Notes under the pieces: model-generated
Told to the model about the DNA's origin: nothing
Database searches by the model: none
Seen by the model: only the letters and a program-made list of their open reading frames with translations
In this document: positions 24,132-36,690 of the stretch, piece after piece
How positions within the stretch are numbered: position 1 is the first letter of the stretch
Layout: each line of letters starts with the position of its first letter
From: Chrysemys picta bellii
Lineage: Eukaryota
Direction: 5' to 3'
Assembly: GCF_011386835.1 (NCBI RefSeq)
Contig: NC_088795.1
Location: 23,622,001 to 23,686,000, forward strand
Length of the DNA stretch: 64,000 nt
Translations under genes and position numbers: made by a program

Positions 24132-27093
24132 GCTGCATCAATCCCTTTTCTGCCACAGATGACTGCCACCTCCACCATGGCTCCATGATGGGATGGGACA
24201 GGAGCGCATGGTGCAGAGTCTTGGCTCCACCCTTTCATCTGTGCAGGAAGAGGAATAGCAGCTCTCCCCCATGCAGATGGTCTGGCAATGTGGGTAAACC
24301 ACACAGAGGAATAAGGGGGATATTTACTGTCTTGTGCAGGCATGCAGCAGGGCTCATGACTTTCCTGAGTGATTAAACTGAACAGTACAGATGGCCCAGG
24401 CATGGGGAGAAATCCATGAGGTGTTGACAGGAAGAGAAGCTGTACATTAATCCTTTAGTGGAATTCAGGTAACTATTTTTGAATACACTTGACATCTTCC
24501 TGGATTTTTTATCCTTATATAATAAAATATTTGTGTCCCTTCTTGAGTCTGTCTAAACTACTGGAAACATAAACAGAACTAGTTTATAAAATGTCACTTC
24601 CATCTCTTCTTTAAAAGTGATGTCTATAACCTAGTCACTATCCTATATATTGACCAACAAAAGAAGGCTGACTCCAAAGACAAGTTGCAGCCTATACTTC
24701 TCTAGATACTTTATTTTATATCTGGGATATAAACTATAGCTACGTACGTATAAACAAAGAGGCAAATATTGTGTGTGTGTGCACCTGTGCACTGCCAAAT
24801 GCCCTCTCCAATACACATGCAAAAATAGGACAGTACTGGACCAAGCAACCATCTTTTGCTCTTATTTTATAACAGTAGACTGGGTGCCCTTCCAACAGCT
24901 ATAGTTTCACACTGTCATCTTGCAACTTGCAGAGTGAACATCCAGAGCTATCTGATCCCTATCTAAAGAACCTGCAGAGGATATTCTGCCTGATAATCTT
25001 GATCAATTAGTGTTTTCTTATTCAAATAACCTTTTCCAGAAGAAGTTCATATGAGCGGACCAACTCCTGAAATCTGACTACTTTAGTTTAGTAGGCAAGT
25101 GGTTTGCTGTGGTAGAATAACCCCCTTACACATATGGTTAAAGGTGAAGGTGAAGCCTCCTTAACCCTGCAGAGGTTTATTTGCCTGATCAAAATTTATT
25201 CTGAGTTTGGGACATTTGATCAACTGTTTCTTCTCCTTCCAACTTCACGCAGAGATGCAATGTTGGCATCGTTTCTCAAAGCAACTACATCACTACCTTG
25301 CTATCTTGAATCTCTGCACACCCAGCAGTACATCATTATGGTACAGGGTAATTAACTAAAATGTCATGAAAAGATGGCAACAAGAAGCAATATTCATATC
25401 CTCTCCTCTTATTATCTGTTCATAAATTTCATTACAGAAATAAGAATATGCCTGACTGCAGGCTATCAGCTTTCAATAAGACTAATGGTGAAAGACTGCG
25501 TACTTTTTGAGGACATTTTGCTTTCACATTTTCCACTTCTTGTTTTCCTCTAACAAAGTCCCCCTCCCCCCCCCCCGCCCTATATGTACTGCTAGCATAA
25601 ACAATCATCGGTGTAATAATTTTATATAGTACCTTTTATCCTGAAGGATCCCAAAACACTTACAAACCTCAAGGGGTTTGTATACATATAGAGATTTAGC
25701 TGTCAGTTAAATATAGCCACTTCTGGGGTGAAACAAAATCTCTTTGCAGCACACTGGGATGTTACACAAGTTAAAACATTTCCAACTGAAACTGCAGGAA
25801 GAATTTAGGTAAACAAAATATAATTACCTGAGTTGAAATTTAGCCAGAACACCCCAGTATAAATGCCCTCTCACTCTATTATTAAATTATTTGTTAAAGT
25901 AATTGCTTTATTTCGTTCTATTGTCGTACTGAGTTTTGTTTTTGCATGTATTACTGTATTTTATGATGTAGATTTAGGATATGCTATTTTTGAAGCTGGA
26001 AACAGTTCTATCAAATTATTTATGCATATATGCTTCAATGTTTATTCCCCTCTGTATGTTATGGTTCACTAGCCCTTACTAATGATACTTTTTTCATGTT
26101 CTTGATACTGTTCTTGTTGGATTTGGTATAGAGATAAATTTGTGAAATACTTACTTATTTTCAATTCAAATACTGATTCCAATTTGTACCACACCACATG
26201 AGTAACAAGTAAGGGCTTCCTGCCATCCATGAATAAGAAATATACCCATCGTCAAAAGTAGATGATTAGATTTAATATATTTCACTTCACTTATTATCAG
26301 CAAATAAGCGGGGCAGTAATAAATTCAGATACTTACACGTTTGAAAAAAACAGTGAAATGTAGTGTCTGAATTTCCAAGCTCATGTACAGTTTTGGCTCA
26401 TTGCCTAACTACGAGTAAGGTTCTATTCAACATGTGTACAGTATCAGACTCTGGCCCAATGGGAGTAATATACAGAGTAGCACTACTTCTGCCATATGTG
26501 GTGATTTTTTTCAACACCACATGTTTGTGTTACTATACTAATCACTAACTTGCTTCACAAGAGCTAGCCCTGGCCCTCTAAACAGAAATATTTAATATGA
26601 AATCTGAGATCCAGTTTTGCTCAATTTGTAGGATAGAAAAGATAATTGCTCTTTTAATTGCCTGCTAAATGCCAGGAAAGTGGTAACAAAATATGTGAAG
26701 GACATGCAAACTTTGTGGTTGGATTGGCACTAGATGTCTCATTAGCACATGTGCTTTTGCAAACCTCCAGAATTGGTTTGTCCTTGAAACCCATTCATTA
26801 CAACAACTGAGCACGAAATCAGAGTTAAAGTATATAAGCAACTAATTTTATACGCTACATAACAATTCCTTTTGCTGTCAGAAACAGTAATATTTATTAC
26901 CACAGAAATGCATTAGAAATTGAAAAACTTCTGGCAAAATATCTTGTAAGTCACATACAAATGAGACAGTACTTTCTAAAAATGTTCTCTCCTTTTTTTC
27001 ATAGTACAAGGACAGCTCTTGTAAACAAACTCATAATGACTGCAAAATAAAGAAAATAATGAGAAGAGCCTGGCTCCTCTTTATGGTCATTTA

Positions 27094-27348
27094 GGGTATG
27101 TCTACATTGCAATTAGACTCCTGCAACTGGCCCACACCAGCTCACTTGGGCTATGATGTAGGTGTTCAGACTCAGGCTGCAGCCCGAGCTCCGGGACCCT
27201 CCTACCTCACAGGGTCTTAGAGCCTGTGCTCCAGCCCAAGCTCAAATGTCTACACCACAATTAAGCAGCCCCTTAGCCTGAGTCCCATGAGTCCAAGTCA
27301 GCTGGGCTGGCCAGCCGCAGGTCTTTAATTGCAATGTACATATATCCC
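27094..27348. mobile_element. PIF/Harbinger-type MITE
   Basis: GGGTATGTCTACATTGCAATT...AATTGCAATGTACATATATCCC TIRs. Confidence 0.85.
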
Positions 27349-27554
27349 CTGAAAAATATTAATGTACTTATTTTATAATAAGGAGCTTATATATATATAT
27401 GATAACCTCCCTATGAATATATGTCCACAGATTACTGAAACAGGAAAATACAGTCATTTCATGTCATGTACATCTCTTCTAACATTCTTCAACTTGTGCT
27501 GTAATGAAGTACTTACAGTTTTGTTGTAACCCCTGAAATTTCCTTTCAAATCTT

Positions 27555-27770
27555 GGGCCAGGTCACCACTATAATTTTACATCGGTATAATTACATTACT
27601 CAGGGGTATGAAAAATCCACACACCCCAAGGTCACTGTTATAGTGACCTAACCCCTGATGTAGACAGCACTATGTTGACAGGAAGACTTCTGTTGACATA
27701 GCTACCACCTTTTACAGAGGTAGATGAACTATGCCACTTCACTGAAGCATTTTAAGTGTAGACCTTGCCC
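27555..27770. mobile_element. PIF/Harbinger-type MITE, decayed
   Basis: GGGCCAGGTCACCACT...AAGTGTAGACCTTGCCC ends; CAGGGGTATGAAAAATCCACAC interior shared with other copies. Confidence 0.75.
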
Positions 27771-28229
27771 TTGATGTTTAACGAGTAGCTCAGATATTTA
27801 CTACTAGCTATTCCTGGCTCAGGTCAATCCTGGTTGGTTTATGTACACCCAGAAGATAATGTATTACCAGAGGAATATATTGTCTTTTCTTTTCAAGAAC
27901 AACGAGAATTACTAACGTATCAAGTTTCTCTTAATTCAGGTCATTAACTTTATTAATACAGAAGTTTTAACTCCCCTACTTAATAATACAAATGGCCAGG
28001 AGTCATTAACATCTGACAGCTGTTCAATAACCTGTGTGAAAGTAGTGGCCTCAGTCCAGCTCCCAGTAGAAAGGTATCCAACAAAACAAAAACCACTACA
28101 AAAGGTACTAATTGGCATCATAGTTGGGATAATTGAATCATCATTAACTGGTCATAGAGGGTGAAATACACTCTCACTGCCAGAGATGGTTCCTCCAAGG
28201 AAACACTAAAGCATATCAGTGGGACAGTA

Positions 28230-28545
28230 CTCGGCAAGCTTATGCTGCCAAATATGATCTAACTAGTCTGAGGATAAACAGAGGGCTACCGTTCACAAAT
28301 GCTAGATTCATTATAAACAGTTTTTAATATTAGAAAAGAGGCAGAATCAGGTTAGCATTGCTCAACAAAAAAATATGCTCCCTTGATACAAGAAACCAAG
28401 GGGTCTTTTCATGAAACTAATAGCAAGTATTACATATTTAGAAGACAAAGGAAAATTTTCAAACAATGTGTAGCTAACCTAGGAGATTCTGTGCAGGGGA
28501 TCAGCGCCAAATAAGAGGTGCTGGATTTAAAAGCGCTAGATAATT
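28230..28545 (+). mobile_element. old CR1 3' fragment
   Basis: Decayed match to the CR1 ORF2 end (CATGAAACTAAT..AGAAGACAAAGGAAAATTTTC..GGATTTAAAAGCGCTAGATAA). Confidence 0.4.
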
Positions 28546-29317
28546 AAAAGCATTGCACATGATGCATGCTAAAGCATGAATAATCAAGTATCATGGTTTG
28601 GAACATACACTGATTGCAGAGAGGTCCGGAAAGAATCCTTCAACCTCGATATCCACACAACAGGCTAGGTGCACTATATTGATTGATAACTTTTCCCTGA
28701 AACATCACGCATGGGTCACTGCCGAAGACAGGCCACTGAACTATCAGGAACAATGTTTGAATCCAGCATGGAAAATCCTATGTGCCTGTTTATTACAGAA
28801 TGAAGCAAAACAGGGACCCCAACTATCCCTGACTGTGGCCCCTAGGGGCCACCACAATACAAGTATTAATAATACAGCTTCTTCACTATTTTTCCCCCCC
28901 CAGTCATGGTAAGACTCAGGAAAGGACCTTAATATTTGAGCCTACTGAATGTATATATAATTAAAGATAGGTAAGAGCTGTAACACCTCAGGCTACTAAC
29001 CACTGATTATTCAACGCAGCAACTCAGACTGATGTTCAGAGCTTAACTAATACCATCGAGAATGAGAGATTTTTGCTACTCATTAAAGTGATAAGTCCAT
29101 TTATATATGTATACTTTCTGTGATGCTCACCACTTTCATTCCACATAAAGCTTCACCCCCATCTCTTTGCCTCTTATTAAATCCCCCCCGTTTATAGTCT
29201 CTGTGGGGGCAATATATGCTTGCCTGGCCAAATTTCTCTATACAACAACCAGTAAAAGAAACCTGCAAACCTAATGAATGCTGAATACCACGAGAACAAG
29301 ACGCAGAGACATCACGC

Positions 29318-29806
29318 TAGGGTTACCGTATGTCCGCGTTTTCCCAGATATTTCCTCTTTTTTTGATCCTCCACCCTCTCTCCAGGTGAATTTTTCAAAT
29401 AAGAGGAAATGTCTGGGATTTTTGCAGAGCAGACATTGCGGCTCAGAAAAAAGCTGGCTCCATGTCTCAACTGGTCCCTTTCCAGCAGCCACAGCTGCCG
29501 GATCCTACCCACCCAGGCCCCGGCTCCCAGCCCTGAGAAGGGGGCGAGGCAGGAAAGCGCTGATGGACAGCTGGCTCTGCGTCCTGGGCCTGCCACCATG
29601 ACAGGGAGTGACACTGCCCCCCACCTCGAGAGTGAGGCCATGGGTACCCCCCTCCAGTACCCTCAGGTCCCCCTCGAAGTATACACACATCCCTCCAACA
29701 CCCAGCAAAAAACCCCTCCAGCACCCCTCAACTGTCTGCCCCCACCATTCCCACCGACCCTCCCAGTAGTGTCCTCTTTTTGGGAACCTGAAAGATGATA
29801 ACCCTA
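29318..29806. mobile_element. hAT (Tip100-like TAGGG terminus) MITE
   Basis: TAGGGTTACCGT...GATAACCCTA; 8-bp TSD CATCACGC / CATCACAC (one transition). Confidence 0.88.
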
Positions 29807-31002
29807 CATCACACCACCCTTCACCTACCCTGTGGAATGTTGGTCTGAAATGTGGGGAATGCAGTTCCAAAGCCGTTTTGGTTCCCCTCTTAATGCACTT
29901 CTTTTTATGAAGTGAGGAATGGGGGCATGAAGGGAATTTTAATCGGGTAAGCTTTCTGTTATTCCAAAATAATCTGGAAGTGTTACCCTTCCTCTCTGAT
30001 GAAAGTGATTCCTTATTTTCAAAAAGTGTAACTATCAAGTACAGAACACATGTATACTAATCGCCAAGTGCACGTGCTCCATTTAGCTGTCTGATGAAAA
30101 GTAAACGCCAGGGAATATATTGCTGCAGCTCAGTGGTGGCATCTGGCAGGGCTCCTGCCCTTTTTTCAAGATGAACAGGATAAAGATCCACCCTGGTCCT
30201 CCCCACTTGTAGGGTCACTCTGGGCTACAGGAGAAAGACACTTTCCTGAGGCCTATGGGAAAGGGGCTAAATTGGTATCTAGATTAACAGATGTGTCTCT
30301 AACATTTGATTGATGTTATTTTGCAATTGCGAAACAGGCTGCAATCGTATAATTAAAAACTCGATTGTAATGCATATGCACGAGAAAGAAGAGTTGAGGT
30401 TGGATGCACCAAGAGAGAAGTTATAAATAGCAAAAGAATATGAACGATAGTCCTTAAATTTATACCATGCTAGTGTGTGCTTGAAGAAAGACCAAAAGGG
30501 ACTGTGCCACTTTGTTATTAGTATAGTTGGAAGGAATTATATGAATAATTGCTATGCTTTCTACCATCAATAGGGTATATGATACGCAAGCAGAATGACA
30601 CAGGATCGTTGTTCCTAAAATTCAGATGGGGAGCTACTGCATTTTTTTTTCCACTTGAATTATTCAGTTACTGAGGAGTAGGAATGAAAAGCATTGGGGG
30701 GAGCATTTAAAAGAAGCAATCCTGGCCACCCGACCAGGAGCTGTTGGTATTAGAGTAATTTCATAAGAGATGAGCTTGTGACCCCAAGTAGTCTGTTAAT
30801 TCTGGCAACCCTGATAAGAACTGTGGTTAATTTATTCAATGAAGCGCTTTGTTGATTAACATTTCTTTAATTAGAAGAAAAGCTATGCTAATTCAATCTG
30901 TCTCTTGTTAGTTCTTTTCACCAAAGAAAACCTGAACTCTATAACTAAAATGTTAAATAACAGGGTGAACCTCAAACATTTTGGATTTTCATTTGTATAG
31001 AC

Positions 31003-31336
31003 CGGGGTGGCCAAACCTATTGACCTTCCGAGGCACACCTACCAGGGCTTGGGGCTTCAGCACCGCAGGAGGCACCTGCCTGGGGCTTGGATCTTCAGCC
31101 TTGCTCTTGCTGAAGCCCCGAGCACCAGCTCATGCACTCTGTGGGGCTGAAGCCTCAAGACACCCAACCCCACTGGGCAGAAGCCCCTACCCTACCATCC
31201 CACTGCAAAACTGAGGTCCTAAACTCCTCTCCACCCCAGTCTGGTAGGTGGAGAATGGGGCGTTGGGGTCCACAAGCCACACTTGAACTGTAAAAGAGCT
31301 TCATGTGGCTCGCGAGCCACGCTTTGGCCACGCCTG
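31003..31336. mobile_element. hAT (Charlie-like) MITE
   Basis: CGGGGTGGCCAAAC...GCTTTGGCCACGCCTG; perfect 8-bp TSD GTATAGAC. Confidence 0.93.
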
Positions 31337-33741
31337 GTATAGACACTCAAAATGATGCTCCTTCTCTAGATCTCTTGCACAATGGGGCTGGAAGTCCTTG
31401 TCAGAACAAACTCTCTCCCAAATTCTTTAATTCTCGTTTCAGATTAAGCCAGGGGGAGAAAAAACAAACAAACCCAAGACCTTTACAGCAATATTTTGAT
31501 ACCTGAGCTTGCAGTCTTCCCCAAAGTGAATAAAAGTGCACGGGGGAAAAGTTAAGAGAAAAAAATTCAAAATCTCAGAAAAACTTCAGTTCTGATTTGC
31601 ATTTTGAAGGACAACGTCTCTGGGTTCTTATTCTAGTGAACTTGTTAACATTATTTTAAGATTCTCTGAGTTACTTGCACACTAGTGCATTGTGGTATAC
31701 AAGAGAAAGGTTTGAGCACCAAGGAGTGTGAGGTCCGGAAAGGGCACTACAACATCAAAGTGTGCCTTTTCAACAAGCTCAGCATTTTTTAGGTGCCGGA
31801 TCACTTTGATTTAAAAGTCAATTTTACAGAGCTTGCAGTCACCTTTATAATTCCATTTTGATTTTTCAAATCTCGATCCTATTTTGCGACTACAAACAAC
31901 TGGTCCTCTTCACCCATTCCTTAGATTCCTTTAGTGGCCAGATCTATTTTTTTCATAAATGCAGAGATACCACCTACCCTAAGCGCTTTGGCAAAATCCA
32001 AGTACAATTTCGATTGAACAATCTCCTTCTCAGCCCTGGACACACAACAAAATCTCTCTGTTGTACTCTGCATCACTAAGCCTTAAAGGCTGGAAGCTGA
32101 TGCTTAAAGCTGTGGGAAAGGTCACCGCACTTGGGGATGAATACACTTTTCACCAGCCTACTTATGTAAGTAAAGAATATGCTGTACATTCCCTGCTGCT
32201 GCAGACTAGATTTGATTTAGACCTTGGGGAAAAAAAGGAAATAAATATATATCCATACCGTTACTAGTTCTATGCTTACTCTAGCCCCTCTTATCCCTCA
32301 GACCACTGCTACATTTCAAAATATCAGCCAAATGAATGCCTAGAAGCATGGAACTATATGCCCATAGCCCCCAAAGGGTTAGTTGTAATAATTCTGCAAT
32401 AAAACCGCAGGGCCAAGTCTTAAACACAGCGTAGTCACAATCAGAACATTTGTAATAGCTACAATTAGAGGTCCATTACTGGCAAATGAATTACATCCTA
32501 TCAGCTTCATGAGTTTTCCACCTTTTTCATAGTAGTCATAAAGGCTGCACTTGTATCTCCTTTGTGTTATCTAGATTGGAACCCAAGTGAGAAGATTACG
32601 CAACTCAGCAATAATCAGAAAAGATGGCATTTTTATGACATGCTAGCAATTCTGTAAAATCTCCTTCATCCTTGGAATTCATGGATGTCCAACAGCCTAT
32701 CCAATAACACAGTGGCTTGTGGCAATCCATTTGCTGAAAGGCATAACTGAATCTAGGTTCCTAAAGTCTGCACTATACATACACAAAGTGAAAATAAAGT
32801 GAATATAAAATTAAGTTGAAAAGGTGGTAGTAAAACAAGTTTTTTCTTCTTAGCATAATGTTACTTTTAACAATGTTTTAAACATACTTCACTTCTTCCT
32901 AGTCACCCTCAACCAGAACGTTTAACAACATGTCATTACAACACTTTGTAAGAGAAGAAAACATACTTGGAACGTATTGGCATAATAAGATATAAAGAGT
33001 CATTTAAGCAAAAAAGCATTTATTCTTCAACTTTGTGCTGCTTAATATACCAGAAGTGTGTACAGAACACATTTCAATAAGATCTTGGGCCAGATTGATT
33101 TTGGAGTTTTATACTGCTGCCCCATTACTGAAGTACATAGTTCACTGAAGTCAGTGGAGCTATGACAAGTTTCACCATCTGAGGATCTATTTTATTCTTA
33201 TATGTTTTTCTAGCCCTTTTATGTTGCTACTCTTTCAATATGATAACCACATCAGGAAATGTTACAAATTTAGAAGGCCAAATAAATGGGAATCTCATAC
33301 TGGTATTTGAAGAACTGGTGTTTGAAAATTAAGTACAAATTGAGTTTTCCAGCTGTAACTCTTTAACGACACCTACAATGTACTTCAAGTGTATCTATTC
33401 ATACTTGACACTGCTCCTCAGACTTGGACTTTCTCATCTATAGTATTTGTTCTGCACTACTATAACAATTTTAAGTAGTTCAAACAGTTTACATATGACT
33501 TGACAAATTCCCATTCAGTGTAGAAAATAAAACAGTGTTCTGCATATATGTAAGGAGTCAAAATCTGGCCGCACATGCATGCTGTATTCCCATTGACTTA
33601 AGTTCAAGTTGCTGCAAAACACCTGAAGACAGAATTTGGCCCAAAGACACTGAGGTGGAACATGTTTTGTGTCCATCCACTAGTCCTGCCCCTGAATTCA
33701 TGAAGATGTAAAATGATTAAGTAAAAGATGTTTACTTAATC

Positions 33742-34132
33742 TAGGGTTGCCACCTTCCTAATTGTTGGTAACCTGACCCCCCGAGACCTCACCCCTCCCT
33801 CATCTCTTTCCCCAGGTCCCGCCCCTGCCCCATCTCTTCCCCGCAAGGCCCAACCCCCACCTCTCGCTCCTCTGCCTCCCTCCCCCATCACTCACTGGAT
33901 CGTCTCAAGGAGCCTGCCTGCAGGTAGAAGGCAGCCTTGCCTGAGCAGGGATGGGGCAGATTAATGACCTGGCAGCCTGCCCCTGCCTCGCAGTAACTGC
34001 ATTTTTAGTCCGGGTGACATTTAGGGTCGCCAGGTCCACGAAAACTAGGCACCTGGCAACCCTAAATGGCACCCAGATACAGAAGCCAAAAACCAGACTG
34101 TCCTGGTAAAAACCGGATGGGTGGCAACCCTA
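33742..34132. mobile_element. hAT (TAGGG terminus) MITE
   Basis: TAGGGTTGCCACC...GGTGGCAACCCTA; 8-bp TSD ACTTAATC / ATTTAATC. Confidence 0.9.
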
Positions 34133-34185
34133 ATTTAATCTATGGTAATTCTATGGCCCCATTCCATTAATGTAATGTCTGGGTG

Positions 34186-34260
34186 CCTCACAACACCCCT
34201 GTGAGATACAGAAGTACTCTTATCCCCATTGTACAGAGCGGGAATGAAGGAACAGTGAGA
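34186..34260 (-). mobile_element. MIR/CORE-SINE fragment
   Basis: CCTCACAACACCCCTGTGAG...TATCCCCATTGTACAGA matches the reverse complement of the MIR core as I recall it. Confidence 0.7.
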
Positions 34261-34302
34261 TGCTATTATTATTTGTATTAGCAAAGCACATAGGAACTTC
34301 AA

Positions 34303-34654
34303 GGTATGTCTACAATTACAGCAGCGTGCAGAGTACAGACACTGCACATCCAGCCAGCATGGGTATAAGTAATAGTGTAGACAGCGAGGCACAGTTTAGG
34401 CAACTAAAGTAGAGTGTCCTACATGCCTGAACCCTAACATATATATGGCTCTCTACATGTCCAAGCAGTGCCTCCACATCGACACTATTTTTAGCAGCCT
34501 CACATCTTGCTGCCTCCCTGCTGGAGAGGTTTTCATTGCTGCATGTGGCCACACATCACAATGACAAGTGTGACTGCAGCCTGCTTTCATTGTGGCATGG
34601 TGCTACTCGTGTATTGCTTGTACTCTACAAACCATCGTAAGTGTAGACAAGGCT
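34303..34654. mobile_element. PIF/Harbinger-type MITE
   Basis: GGTATGTCTACAATTAC...GTAAGTGTAGACAAGGCT ends. Confidence 0.8.
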
Positions 34655-35294
34655 TCTGTCATGAACCAGCCACCAGTTGTGCTAAGCTCTGAACAAATGC
34701 AGAACAAGGAGAACATCTCTGTGTCCTAGTGACTTGCCAATGATCCCAAAAGAAATCTTTGGTAGTGCAGTGAACTGAACCCAAGTCCCAAGATAGCCTC
34801 CTAACCACAAGATCACTAGGTGACACTCAACAAGGTTGTTGGGGTTTCTAGGTTTGTTTTTTTATGTTTTCAGCTTTAGTCTCATAAAAACAGAACAACA
34901 AAAGTTTGTTGTAAATCTTTCTAAAACATAATTTTACAATAATAAATATCTATGAAGCACTCACCATATGTGCTTCATTTTAGAGTAAATTAATTTGATA
35001 TCATTTTAATAATATAGCAAGTTTTTTGTATTCATTTCTGAATGTGTATCTTTTTGAAATTAAACCTATTACAAAACAAACTATGAACTAATCCCCAAAT
35101 TTTGTATGTAAGTATTGCTTACAAGCCACAATTTAAATAAGTAAATCAAGATTTATACTACGTTTGTCACATGTCTTAATACCCAGGTTGGATATCGAAT
35201 TAAATTTCTGCTAAAGTATTTAATACTCTAGTTCGTTAGCCTTGTTTCCACAAAAAAAGCCAGCACTTTGTGATGATGCATCACATGGCGATAA

Positions 35295-35582
35295 GGGCAG
35301 GTCTTCACTACGGGGGGGGGGGGTCGATTTAAGATAGGCAAATTCAGCTACGCGAATAGCGTCGCTGAATTCGACGTATCGGAGCCGACTTACCCCGCTG
35401 TGAGGACGGCGGCAAAATCGACCTCCGCGGCTCCCCATCGATGGCGCTTACTCCTACCTCCGCTGGTAGAGTAAGCGCGTCGATTCGGGGATCGATTGTC
35501 GCGTCCCAACGAGACGCGATAATTCGATCCCCGAGAGATCGATTTCTACCCGCCGATTCAGGCGGGTAGTGTAGACCTAGCC
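35295..35582. mobile_element. young CpG-rich PIF/Harbinger MITE
   Basis: GGGCAGGTCTTCACTAC / GTAGTGTAGACCTAGCC TIRs; TAA on both sides (3-bp TSD); about 35 CpG by manual count. Confidence 0.95.
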
Positions 35583-35765
35583 TAAGTCACCAGAACAGAG
35601 AAATACTAACCTCCAATTCAAAACCATATCAAGATTCATAGATATAACAATAGATCTTGATGGATATGGGACAGGCACATGAAAAACAGGACTGTCCTTC
35701 AAATTTCAGGACTTTATGTATGGTGTTAAGTTTGTCTCAACCAACTGGATGAGTTTGTTAACTTA

Positions 35766-36690
35766 GGCCTGGTCTACACTCAAAACATACACCAACATAG
35801 CCGTGTCAGTCAGGGGTATGAAAAACCACACTCCTACTGACATAGCTACACCGAGAGAAGAGTGCTTCTGATGGCATAGCTAACGTCATTGGTGAAGGTG
35901 GTGTTCCTAGACTGACAGAAAAACTCCTTTTGTCAATGAACACTATGGGTATGTCTATACTTGCAGAGTTTTTGCGCTGTAAATTTCACCAGTGATAGAG
36001 AACCAGTGAAAGTAAAGCTCTGGTTTATGTACTCACTTAATTCCTCAGGTGTCAGAGAGAGTGTTTACATCACCAATGAGAGCAGCGCTCTAGGGCTCTC
36101 TCACAGTGCAGCTCTCTCCAGTTTGAGGATGGGTCTTGTGGGAAGGGAGCGGGGAGAGATAGCGGGGCATCCTGGGTCCCTGCACAGCCTCCTCTCCCCA
36201 AACATTGATAAGCTCCAGTAGCTCAGCATTGCTCCAAGCATGGGATTGTTTGCTCTGTGGAGCAGGCACTGTCACCTGGCCAGATAAGTGAGCACTTGCC
36301 AAGAAAACAGGAAGGGGAGTTTCAAAGTTCCCGGGGCCTTTACAGGGGGAGGGGTGGATGTCTGTTTACCTGGCAACAGAGCAGCAGAGCTGCTGGCTAG
36401 AATGGCCACCTAGGCACTATGGGATATCCGCAGGAAGCTAAAAGCTGTGTAAACAGGAAGAACGTGCCTTCACTTGCACATCACTGCAAAAGCATCACCG
36501 GTAAGAGCTGTATGCCTCTCGTGGAGGTGGTTTTCTTTTTATGGTGAAACTTCTGAGTTTCACTGCAAAAAGTCATTGGCAAATGTAGACGCTCCCATGG
36601 TTTTTGCGCAAAAACGGGCAAGTGTAGACATGCCCTTAATCTGCACTAAGGGGGCTAGGCCAGCATAGGCTATGTCCTACACTACAGAGC
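35766..36690. mobile_element. PIF/Harbinger MITE interrupted by a larger Harbinger derivative
   Basis: GGCCTGGTCTACACT start; MITE-type interior to about 35946 resumes after 36635 (ATCTGCACTAAGGGGGCTAGGCCAGCATAG); right end unclear. Confidence 0.6.
35947..36635 (-). mobile_element. Harbinger deletion derivative carrying a Myb/SANT-like ORF fragment
   Basis: 18-bp TIRs GGGTATGTCTATACTTGC / GCAAGTGTAGACATGCCC; minus ORF 36090-36302 contains AWSNAELLELINVWGEEAVQ, the N-terminal helix pattern of Harbinger Myb/SANT (trihelix) proteins. Confidence 0.88.

Noticed and set aside
28835-28852. Perfect 18-bp palindrome GTGGCCCCTAGGGGCCAC
   Set aside because: A 9-bp-arm palindrome is expected roughly 0.25 times per 64 kb of random sequence (64000/4^9); no supporting context.
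29271-30038. Stacked ORFs of 73-177 aa
   Set aside because: They overlap a GC-rich hAT MITE and run across its TSD-defined boundaries; no recognisable protein. The same applies to the ORFs at 9213-9677, 23856-24403 and 46764-47377.
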